From: Camelus dromedarius
Taxonomy: Eukaryota
DNA: 64,000 nt
NCBI RefSeq assembly: GCF_036321535.1
Contig: NC_087436.1
Location: 61,134,001-61,198,000 of the forward strand
Direction: 5' to 3'
The notes under the pieces were generated by a model, which saw only the letters and a program-made list of their open reading frames with translations, did no database searches and was not told the origin of the DNA. Each line of letters opens with the position of its first letter. Within the stretch, counting starts at the first letter, position 1. Positions 40,357 to 51,450 of this stretch are shown here, piece after piece. A program made the position numbers and the translations under genes.

Positions 40357-41706
40357 ATCAGAGGAGGGGATTCTGGAGGCGAGGGTGGGAGCTTTGCCAG
40401 GGACTGGTGTTTCTATATTAGCAAGTAGGGCTTTGGAGCTGATAAAATGTGTACAAATAATATTAATGTGACATTGCTCATACCCATGACTTGGGGGGAT
40501 CTGGAACATTCATGTTATATACATTGATTGCATACTTTTATAATAAAAATCCTAGAAGTAATGGAAAAAATGACCTAAAATTCCGCCACCCCCTCTGTTC
40601 ACCTGTTCCCTTTTGTTCTTTCTCAGATATGTCTGTAAGTTTTATAGAATCCAATTTGATCTTGTTTTTATGCTAATTTGAGGATTTAGATCTAAAAGTC
40701 TAGACACCGTGTGGGAAAAGTGATCTGGCTAGTAAATGAAAGAGGTGTAACCTGAACAGCGTGAGCTAGGTGATGTGTAGCATACATCACTGCTCAGCCC
40801 AGCCGTCAGGCAAAGAATCAGCTGGAGGAAATAAATATTCTTATAGCTCTGATTACAAGCTCCACCCCACTTTTTAGAGAGATTAATCTTTATGATTAAA
40901 TGGTAGTGTTGGTATTGAGAGGAATGTTCTTAATATCTTATACCAGCCTTTTTCTTCTGAGTCATCAGTACAATTTCCCTGAGCTTGTTAGTTTTTGCAT
41001 GTTGGCTTCATAACAGGCAGTTGCATTTTGGGTTGATTATTTGCATTTTAAAAAATAGGCTGCTCACACTGCATTAAATTTTTATAGCTACTGTGTTCAT
41101 TGATCTTATGACTCTTTTAGCAGTTACTATTCCAGCTGTATATTTTAATTACACTTGAACAATCAGCCTTTCTTAGTCCTTGAGTAATGTGCTGAGTTTA
41201 ATTTGTCCTGTTGTCAAATTCCAACTTAAATTATTTCATTAGTGTTGGCAGTCCTGTATTACACACACTTCCTCGTCTTTTTAAATCAATTTCTTGGGGT
41301 TTTAATTATGTAGAATAGTCAATAAAAGTTGATGCCAACAAAAGAACTATCAAGGCAAATGATCACAAAGAATATATGCCCATGAGATATATTTTTTTAA
41401 CATTTTTTATTGATTTATAATCATTTTACAATGTTGTGTCAAATTCCAGTGTTCAGCACAATTTTTCAGTTATTCATGGACATATACACACTCATTGTCA
41501 CATTTTTTTCTCTGTGAGTTATCCTAACATTTTGTATATATTTCCCTGTGCTATACAGTGTAGTCTATTCTACAATTTTGAAATCCCAGTCTATCCCTTC
41601 CCACCCTCCACCCCCCTGGTAACCACAAGTCTGTATTCTCTGTCTGTGAGTCTATTTCTGTCCTTTATTTACGCTTTGTTTTTGTTTGTTTGTTTGTTTT
41701 TGTTTT

Positions 41707-44700
41707 TTAGATTCCACATATGAGCGATCTCATATGGTATTTTTCTTTCTCTTTCTGGCTTACTTCACTTAGAATGACATTCTCCAGGAGCATCCATGTT
41801 GCTGCAAATGGCATTATGTTGTCGGTTTTTATGGCTGAGTAGTATTCCATTGTATAAATATACCACCTCTTCTTTATCCAGTCACCTGTTGATGGACATT
41901 TAGGCTGTTTCCATGTTTTGGCTATTGTAAATAGTGCTGCTATGAACATTGGGGTGCAGGTGTCATCCTGAAGTAGATTTCCTTCTGGATACAAGCCCAG
42001 GAGTGGGATTCCTGGGTCATATGGTAAGTCTATTCCTAGTCTTTTGAGGAATCTCCACACTGTTTTCCATAGTGGCTGCACCAAACTGCATTCCCACCAG
42101 CAGTGTAGGAGGGTTCCCCTTTCTCCACAGCCTCTCCAGCATTTATCATTTGTGGATTTCTGAATGACGGCCATTCTGACTGGTGTGAGGTGATACCTCA
42201 TTGTAGTTTTGATTGCATTTCTCTGATAATTAGTGATACTGAGCATTTTTTCATGTGCTTTTTGATCATTTGTATGTCTTCCTTGGAGAATTGCTTGTTT
42301 AGGTCTTCTGCCCATTTTTGGATTGGGTTGTTTATTTTTTTCTTATTGAGTCGTATGAGCTGCTTACATATTCTGGAGATCAAGCCCTTGTCGGTTTCAC
42401 TTGCAAAAATTTTCTCCCATTCCGTAGGTTTTCTTCTTGTTTTATTTCTGGTTTCCTTTGCTGTGCAGAAGCTAGTAAGTTTCATTAGGTCCCATTTGTT
42501 TATTCTTGCTTTTATTTCTTCTAGGAGAAAATTTTTAAAATGTATGTCAGATAATGTTTTGCCTATGTTTTCCTCTAGGAGGTTTATTGTATCTTGTCTT
42601 ATGTTTAAGTCTTTAATCCATTTTGAGTTGATTTTTGTATATGGTGTAAGGGAGTGTTCTAGCTTCATTGTTTTACATGCTGCTGTCCAGTTTTCCCAAT
42701 ACCATTTGCTGAAGAGACTGTCTTTATTCCAATGTATATTCTTGCCTCCTTTGTCAAAGATGAGTTGACAAAAAGTTTGTGGGTTCATTTCTGGCCTCTC
42801 TATTCTGTTCCATTGGTCTATATGTCTGTTTTGGTACCAATACCATGCTGTCTTGATGACTGTAGCTCTATAGTATTGTCTGAAGTCTGGGAGAGTTATT
42901 CCTCCAGCCTCTTTCTTTCTCTTCAGTAATGCTTTGGGAATTCTAGGTCTTTGATGGTTCCATATGAATTTTATTATGATTTGTTCTAGTTCTGTGAAAT
43001 ATGTCCTGGGTAATTGGATAGGGATTGCATTAAATCTGTAGATTGCCTTGGGCAGTGTGACCATTTTAACAATATTGATTCTTCCTATCCAAGAGCATGG
43101 AATATCTTTCCATTTTTTAAAGTCTTCTTTAATTTCCTTCATCATTGGTTTATAGTTTTCTGTGTATAATTCTTTCACCTCCTTGGTTAGATTTATTCCC
43201 AGATATTTTATTACTTTGGGTGCTATTTTAAAGGGGATTGTTTCTTTACTTTCTTCTTCTGTTGATTTATCGTTAGTGTAAAGAAATGCAACTGATTTTT
43301 GAACGTTAATTTTGTAACCTGCTACCTTGCTGAATTCTTCAATCAGCTCTAGTAGCTTTTGTGTGGACCTTTTAGGGTTTTCTATATATAGTAACATGTC
43401 ATCAGCATATAATGACACTTTTACCTCTTCTTTTCCAATTTGGATCCCTTTTATTTCTTTCTCTTGCCTGACTGCTGTGGCTAGGACTTCCAGGACTACG
43501 TTGAATAGGAGTGGTGATAGTGGGCATCCTTGTCTTGTCCCAGATTTTAGTGGGAAGCTTTTGAGTTTTTCACCGTTGAGTACTGTGCTGGCTGTAGGTT
43601 TGTCATGTATAGCTTTTATTATGTTGAGATATGTTCCCTCTATACCCACTTTGGCGAGCGTTTTTATCATAAATGGGTGTTGAATTTTATCAAATGCTTT
43701 TTCTGCATCGATTGAGATGATCATGTGGTTTTTGTCCTTTCTCTTGTTGATGTGATGTATTACACTGATTGATTTGCGTATGTTGAACCAGCCTTGTGTC
43801 CCTGGGATGAACCCCACTTGGTCATGATGTATAATCTTTTTTATGTGTTGTTGGATTCTGTTTGCTAAAATTTTGGTGAGGATTTTGGCGTCTATGTTCG
43901 TCAGTGATATTGGCCTATAATTCTCTTTTTTGGTAGTGTCTTTGCCTGGTTTTGGTATCAGGGTGATGGTGGCTTCATAGAATGAGTTTGGGAGTATTCC
44001 CTCCTTTTCAATCGTCTGGAAGAGTTTGAGAAGGACTGGTATGAGTCCTTCTTTGTATGTTTGGTAGAATTCCCCGGTGAAGCCGTCCGGTCCTGGACTT
44101 TTGTTTGTAGGGAGGTTTTTAATTGCTATTTCTATTTCCTTTCTAGTGATCGGATTGTTCAAGTGTTCAGATTCTTCTTGATTCAGTTTTGGTGGACAGT
44201 ATGTTTCCAGAAACTCGTCCATCTCCTCTAGGTTATCCAGTTTGGTTCCATATAGTTTTTCATAATATTCTCGTATGATATTCTGTATTTCTATTTTGTT
44301 TGTTGTAATTTCTCCATTTTCCTTTCTTATTTTGCTAATTTGTGCTCTCTCTTTTTTCTTCTTTGTGAGTTTGGCCAGAGGTTTGTCGATTTTATTTACT
44401 TTTTCAAAAAACCAGCTTTTGGTTTGGTTGATTTTTTCTATGGTCTTGTTAATCTCTATTGTATTTAATTCCTCTCTGATCTTTATTATTTCCTTCCTTC
44501 TGCTGCTTTTTGGGGCTTTTTGTTCTTCTTTTTCTAATTCATTCAGGTGGTGGGTTAAATTGTTTATTTGAGATTGTTCTTCTTTTTTGAGGAAGGCCTG
44601 TATCGCTATAAACTTCCCTCTTAGCACTGCCTTTGCTGTGTCCCATAGGTTTTGAGTGGTTGTGCTTTCATTATCATTTGTCTCAAGGTATTTTTTAATT

Positions 44701-45499
44701 TCAGCTTTGATTTCCTCATTGATCCATTGTTTTTTCAATAACATATTGTTTAATCTCCATGCTTTCCTTTTTTTCTCCTTTGTTTCTCTGTTGTTGATTT
44801 CCAGTTTCATGGCATTGTGGTCAGTAAAGATGCTTGAGATAATTTCTATCTTCTTAAAATTGTTGAGGTTTCTTTTGTGCCCAAGTACATGATCGATCCT
44901 GGAAAATGTTCCATGTGCACTTGAAAAGAATGTATATCCTATTTTTTGGGGGTGTAATGCTCTGAAAATATCCACCAGATCTAGTTTTTCTATTGTAGTA
45001 TTTAATTTCTCTGTTGCCTTGTTTATTTTCTGTCTGGAAGATCTGTCTAGTGATGTTAATGCAGTGTTAAAATCTCCAACTATGATTGTATTCCCATCAA
45101 TATCCCCCTTTATCTCTGTTAGTAATGCTTGTATGTACTTAGGTGCTCCTATATTGGGTGCATATATATTAACGAGTGTAATATCCTCATCTTGTATCAC
45201 TCCTTTAATCATTATAAAATGTCCTTCTTTATCTTTATGGCCTTTGTTTTAAAGTCTATTTTGTCTGAAATCAGTACTGCAACACCTGCTTTTTTGGCTT
45301 TTCCACTTGCATGGAATATCCTTTTCCATCCTTTCACTCTTAATCTATATGTGTCCTTCTCCCTAAAGTGGGTCTCTTGTATGCAGCATATTGAAGGTTC
45401 TTGCTTTATTATCCAGTCTGCCACTCTGTGTCTTTTGACTGGAGCATTTAGACCATTAACATTTACAGTAATTAATGATAGATGTGTGTTTATTGCCAT
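41707..45499 (-). pseudogene. L1 ORF2p (APE endonuclease, reverse transcriptase, C-terminal cysteine-rich domain) with 2 frameshifts
   Basis: Three ORF-track pieces: 45212-45499 (MAINTHLSLITVNVNGLN..CCIQETH), 42198-45212 (1004 aa; [36 protein letters not shown]) and 41707-42315 ([18 protein letters not shown]). Frameshifts near 45235 and 42213. Confidence 0.97.
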
Positions 45500-45904
45500 T
45501 TTGAACTTATCTTTGCAGTTGAATTGGTATATCCTCTTTGTTCCTTTCTTCTTCCTTTTGTGGTTTGGTAATTTTCCTTTGTATTATCATGGATTTTATT
45601 TAATTTTTGTGACTCCTTTGTAAATTTTTGGCTTGTGGTTACCCTTTTTTGTAAATCTATCAACCCATTAATATAACTGTTTTTATTAAACTGATAGTAA
45701 CATGATCTCAAACCCATCCTACTGTTAAAAAAATTTAAAAAAGAAAGAAAAAAAATACTCTATATTTCCCTGCCTCCCTCTCCCACTCTCAGTGATTTGT
45801 ATGTCTTCTTTTATAATTTCATGTTTACTTTTTTTGTAATTCATGAGTTACCACCTTTCCAGTTGTGTGTTTCTCATTTCTGTAGCATACTGCTGCTTTT
45901 CTAT

Positions 45905-46806
45905 TTAGAATAGCCCTTTCAATATTTCTTTTAGCATGGGTTTAGTGTTGCTAAACTCCTGCAGCTTTTTTTTTTGTCTGTGAAACTCTTTATTTCTCCT
46001 TCTATCCTCAAGGATAGCCTTGCTGGATAAAGGATCCTAGGCTGCATCTTTTTTTCATTCAGGGCTTTGAATATATCTTGCCACTCCCTTCTGGCCTGTA
46101 GTGTTTGTGTAGAGAAATCAGCTGAGAGCCTTATGGGGGGTTCCCTTGTAACTTACTCTTTGCTTTTCTCTTGCTGCCTTTAGAATCATTTCTTTATCCT
46201 TGACTCTGGCCATCTTGATTATGGTATGTCTTGGGGTGGGTCTATTTGGGTTCTTCCTGTTTGGGACCCTCTGAGCTTCCTGTACTTGGATATCTGATTC
46301 CTTCTTTAAGTTTGGGAAGTTTTCAGTCATGATTTCTTCAAAAACCTTTTCAATCCCCTTTGATCTTTCTTCTCCTTCTGGGACCCCTATTATGCGAAGA
46401 TTGGGACGCTTTATATTATCCCATAGGTCCCTTATGCTATTTTCATTATTTTTTATTTGCTTATCTTGTAGTTCTTCTGAATGGGTGCTTTCTATTGCCC
46501 TGTCTTCTAGATCACTAATTCGTTCCTCTGCATTATCTAGTCGGCTTTGCCCAGCTATTAGATCATTCCTCATCTCTGTCAATGAGTTTACCTATTCTAC
46601 TTGGCTCTTCTTTATAGCTTCAATTTCATTTTTGACATATTTTATATCTCTAAACACTATCTCTTTTAATTCCTTCAGCAATTCGATCACTCCTTTTTTG
46701 AAATCTTGATCTAGTAGGCTATCGATGTCTATTTCGTTGATCTTTCAGGGGATTTCTCTTGTTCTTTTAATTGCGAAAGGTTTTTCTGCTTCTTCATCTT
46801 GCTCAT
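45905..46806 (-). pseudogene. L1 ORF1p (coiled coil, RRM, CTD), disrupted
   Basis: ATG at 46806 (MSKMKKQKN), middle part with NLRIIGVPEGEE, TPRH and LKAAREK, end ARREW..YPARL..LKGLF* with stop at 45905-45907. Lesions: frameshift near 46743, in-frame TAG at 46592-46594, extra base in the G6 run 46135-46140, out-of-frame T10 run 45966-45975. Confidence 0.93.
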
Positions 46807-48467
46807 ACCTCTTTGGCACTGTGGTTTATGGAGTATCAGTTGTTTATTTTGGTCCTTAAGGATTTTATCTATCTGATGCCTATTTAGGAATAGAACTTAG
46901 GAAAAAAAATAAGAGAGAGAGAGAAAGAATTTTAAAAGAAGGGAGAAAGAGGGTTTGAAAACTGTATAATGAATAATAGAAGAGGGAGTTGAAGCAGAGT
47001 ATTAATCGGGTTGAGACGTCCTTTTAAAACCTTTACAAAAAAAGGGGGGGGGAGGTGAATAGATATATTTGAAACCTGTGTCTAATCAATAGCAGGACAT
47101 CAAAACCCAAGAGAAATAGAAATGAATTAAGAAGTAAAAATTAAGAGAGTAATAGAAAATAGAACAGGTAAAAACAGGTTTAAAAAAAAGGGGGGGGGGT
47201 TGTCGGTGTTCTCCTGGAGTCTGTGTGCTTTTACTGTGAAGTCTTTCTGTCTTCGTCCTGTTTTGGAAGCTCAGCTTGCTGTTTTCAGAGGCCCTCCGTT
47301 GGCGCCCTCTTCTGTGCTGCTCCCAGCACCTGTCGGCAAGCAGATCGCGCCTCCTCCTAACACTGGGTCAGGTGCAGCTCTCCTCTGCTGTGGGTGGGCG
47401 GGTCGCTGCCCCTACGGATGCCGCAGTCAGATGTTGCAGACTGGCCGGGTAGGAGGGCGGGTCGTGCCCCCTCCCAGCACCTCGGTCAGGGGCTGTGTTC
47501 CTGCCCGAAAGGCGGGTGGCCGCTCTCGCTCTACCTGCGCTGACGGTAGTTCCGCTCTCTGTGCGGCTGCGCGCTCCGCGCTGGTCGGCGCTCCTCCGTT
47601 GGGCTCGGGGAAGACCGAGGGACAGCCCTGTCCCTGCTCCGAGCCAGAACCCAGCTCCTTGTTTGTCTTTGTGGAGCAAGTTCTCTGAGGGACCAGGATG
47701 GAAGGATCCTATCTGCCCCGGGCTGCAGGCCAGTCTCAGTCTGGCCTTTGAGGCTGCTAAGCCCTTCGGTGCGGATGCAGGTTTCGCCCCCGCCCCCGCC
47801 TGGGTGCTAAGCGCGGAGGATATGGCGGCTGTGCCTGAGCCCCGCCTCTCTTCCCCCGAAAACTTTCCGCAGGTTTTCAGAGATGGGGGTGTGCACCCTT
47901 CCCCCGAGAGCACATCAACCTTGCTGTTTTATGGAGGGCCCAGGTTGTTCTGCCCTGTGCACCCTCAGCCACGGCGCGCAGCCCCTTGCGTTCCCCCGGG
48001 GCTGCCTCCGTGCAGCCACTTCCGTCCTCCGCCCGGCTTGTGCAGCCTGGCCCTGCCTGCCACTGCCGGCCCGCGTCTCAGGCTGGGTGTCGGAGGGACG
48101 CTCTGTGCCCGTTTAACTTAGTTCTGTTAGTCAAGGGCTGCTCTGTACAGATCCGAGCCTCAGAGGCTCCCCCTCTGTCCCGCTGGCCTCTCAGTTGGAG
48201 AGGGGAGACCCAGCCAGCGAGCGCCAGTCCTCCTTTGCTGCTCCCTCCCTGCGGGACCCGTCCCGCGCTGCTTTGCCTTTTGTTCTTACTTTTTTCCTTT
48301 TCTCCTACCAGATTTTTGGCGTCTTTATCTTTTGAAGAGGGCGATGTTCTGTCGGAGTTCCACAGGTGCTCTGGTTGGCTGAGTGGGTCTGTAGATGTGG
48401 GTCTTGGTGTATTTGTGGGAGAGGGTGACCTGCGAGCGTCCTTCTACTCCGCCATCTTCTCCCTCCC
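46807..48467 (-). promoter_or_regulatory. L1 5'UTR / internal Pol II promoter, CpG-island-like, with YY1 site
   Basis: The only CpG-dense stretch in the window (~47300-48455). YY1 motif AAGATGGCGG at 48449-48458 (minus), about 10 nt from the L1 start as in other mammalian L1s. Confidence 0.85.
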
Positions 48468-50849
48468 GTAAACAACTCTTAAACTGTGCACTTATGAAGT
48501 CTGTCTCCCACTCGGCTCAGTCGAGATATATTTTATTAATGAACATCCATAGCATTTATAACAAAACATTAGTTGATTAATTCATACCATACCCCATAAG
48601 AATGGTGAGCAATTTTATTTTCATCTAGTTAATGACAAACTGTGGCAAAGAGAAACTATACAGACTATTGAAAGCTGCACAGCAAGCCAGAGGAAAATGA
48701 TTAGGAATTTCTGGATCATGGAAACATTAAAATAAATGATTTATTTGAAGATAGTAATAATATATTAGACTCTGATCAAAACATTGACTTCTGATGACTG
48801 TTTATTTTATTTTCATACCTAAGAGATTATAGAAGGAAAGGACATAAGCTTCTAGTTCAGAGGTTTTAAATTGCCTGACTATAGGCTACATGTGACTCAC
48901 AGACCTGTCTCTTGGAGTCTACAGAATTTTTTTAAAATTTGGATTTGGATGTCTTTAAAAAAGGTGTGAGCTCTCCAGCTTGCCACCTCTGTCTTGTAGT
49001 CTTGTTTTGGCCTGCTTTATACATATTTAAGTTACCTTCCTGATTCTGTGAGGCATTTGAGTTTGCTACTCCTGATTCTAGTACAGTGTCCTCACTTTCA
49101 GCTAGAAAACTAAGACCCAGAGGGCTTGAAGTTTTAAAGCACCCGTAAGATTACTAGAAGAGCTCAGCCTAGAACCGTTAGTTTCATGGCGCCACTCCAA
49201 TATTTTTTCCATTACATTGAGCAGCCTGTTTAAATTTTCTTCTGAGAATTAAAGCAAGACAAGTATTTCATTACATCTTTTTGGATTATGGTAATAAGGC
49301 CTTAAAGCTATAATACAGATCCATGGAGGACATCATAAGTTTCCTAATGCTTAAAAAGTATGTTATTTTGATGTGGCATAGAGAATGTTAGCTGCAAGTC
49401 AAAAGATACAGTTTCAGTCTCAGTCTCAGCTGTGTCACTAACTAGAGGCTATTTGACTTCATGGGCTTTGGTTTCCTCAGGGTATTGTACTAGATGAGCT
49501 CTAAGTCCCCTTCTAGCCCTAAGATCTTACGATTTTTTCATGAACTCCAGTAAAAGAATATACAGGAGTAGAAAGATAAGCAATTTGATTAAAATGTCAC
49601 TGTTCTAGGCAATCAGTTGCCTTCGGGAAGCATTGTGACGTTGAGCTTTGATGTCCTCACCCACATTTTCAGTTGGAGAGGAGATTCAGAAACATATAGT
49701 CTAGGGAGGTGGTTATTAGTAGGTTTGCACATTAACATTTAGAAGATCTCTGGAAGAAACTAAAGGGATAATTTCAGAGGTCTGGAGACTCTCTAATCCC
49801 GTTGAGGAGGGTATTGCTAAGCTACTGACTATCATGTCTGCTAGACCAAGAGCTCCTCCAGCACAAGGACTCTCTTTCATTCATCTTTGTTTTCCGTGGG
49901 CTTAGTATGTTGTCTGGTTCATAGTAGGTGCTCAATAGATACTGACTAAATTTCAACATTCAGAGGAGGACCAAGGAGTCCTAGTATTGGGAGGGATCTT
50001 AGAAATCAAATCCAGTTTCACTTGCCAGTGCAGAAATCCTCTCTGATATCCTAGGAGGCTGCTCACTAGGCTGCACTAGTTCACCCAGTCATTTAGTCCA
50101 TAAATATTTCTTGAGTGTCTCCTATCTACAGGAATGATTCTTGGGTACAATAGTGAATCAAAGAGGTACAGTCCCTGTACCAGGAAGTCTCCCATTTCAA
50201 GTGACTGGAATATACTATGCGTGACAGCTCTCCACTCCACCAATGACCAAGTCTCAGCTCCAACAACTTTCCTCTGGAAATGAAACTTCTTCTCTGATGA
50301 TAACAGCATCAGTTCTCCCTGATACTTTCTCCATGTGTCCAGCACATTGCTCTGGGACCTCCAGTATTCCTGAGGTCTGCATTTATGCCATCTCTGTCAC
50401 CCAGCCTTCACCTTGACCTCAATTTTAGACGTCATTTAACATTTCTTAAATCACCAGCATATGGGAACTTACCTGTGCCAATGGCCACATTCATCTTCGG
50501 AACAACTGGGCTCCTGCTTGGTCCTGGGAGTGGGAGCAGAAGAAGACACTCTGGTCATATTTTTCCTGGTTGGGCAGAAAAAGCTGCAGTGAGCTGTCAT
50601 GCTAGGAAACACTACCTTATATCCCAGCCTCCTGGAGAGTTTTCTTGCCTGATAGACAGAGGCCATTCAATCCTTTCTCCAAAGTCTCAGGAAATACCTT
50701 GTTGAAAACTTACTTTTTTTGAGTCAGTGTTAAGGAAAATTTGAAATGAGTGTGGATAGGGGAAAAGTATGGTTGAGGGGCAGGCTGGGCCTGAACACAA
50801 AGTCATGAAACATGTCCCATTTCAGGAACACAGTGTTCAGAATCTTCAG

Positions 50850-51450
50850 CTGCTACCTGCATCCTCCACAATTGATTGTTCAGTCAAATCTAAGCTCTTT
50901 AGCATGACATTTCCTGGCTTTCCATTGTTTGCTCATAGGCTACCTTTCGAATTTCATCTCCTACTAGTTGCTCTCATAGAGTCTTTGCTTTGGTTAAACA
51001 GAACCTCTCACTACTTACTTAATCATCCTTATATTTTCTTTCTCCTACACTTTGCTTAGGCTTTTCTCTCAGTTTAGAATCCCTCCTCTCTACTTAGAAG
51101 ACCCTTCCTTCTATCTCTGCACACCCAAAGCCTACCTATCATCTAAGGCCCATCTATGATGCTACCTCAGCATGAAGCATTCTGTGATTCATGATGGTTC
51201 TCCTTCTCCCATGACTTCCTCCCCTGCTGTGAGTACTTTCTCTGTATTTTGAGGTTCTACAGAGCCTGATCCCTGCTTTTCTTTCTACAAGTATCTGCTT
51301 TTAAATCGAATGTAATTATCATAGCCATTAAATGGCAATTATACCTGGTCAAGCTCCTTGGAAACAGTCCTTGTCTGATACCTTTGAATTTTCTACAGGC
51401 CAAGTTGAGTGTTTTGCACTCAACAAATATTGCATACATTGAATAAATTA
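50850..51450 (+). mobile_element. Degraded L2 fragment
   Basis: aaatctaagctctttagcatgacattt..aagctccttgga..gcactcaacaaatattg. Confidence 0.6.

Larger units (their letters stand above)
41396..48522 (-). mobile_element. Full-length young LINE-1 (~7.1 kb including a 55-nt 5' extension)
   Basis: 5' end GGGAGGGAGAAGATGGCGG (48467 downwards), then 5'UTR, ORF1, spacer, ORF2, 3'UTR, AATAAA (tttatt 41406-41411) and a short A tail. Perfect TSD GAGATATATTTT at 41384-41395 and 48523-48534, the latter followed by A (L1 endonuclease TTTT/A site). Confidence 0.97.

Noticed and set aside
42190..45623. Plus-strand hydrophobic ORFs antisense to L1 ORF2
   Set aside because: By-products of the A-rich L1 coding strand.
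47200..48471. Several 160-208 aa ORFs in the L1 5'UTR (ORF0-like?)
   Set aside because: Expected from high GC content, the starts I checked are non-ATG, and there is no recognisable homology.
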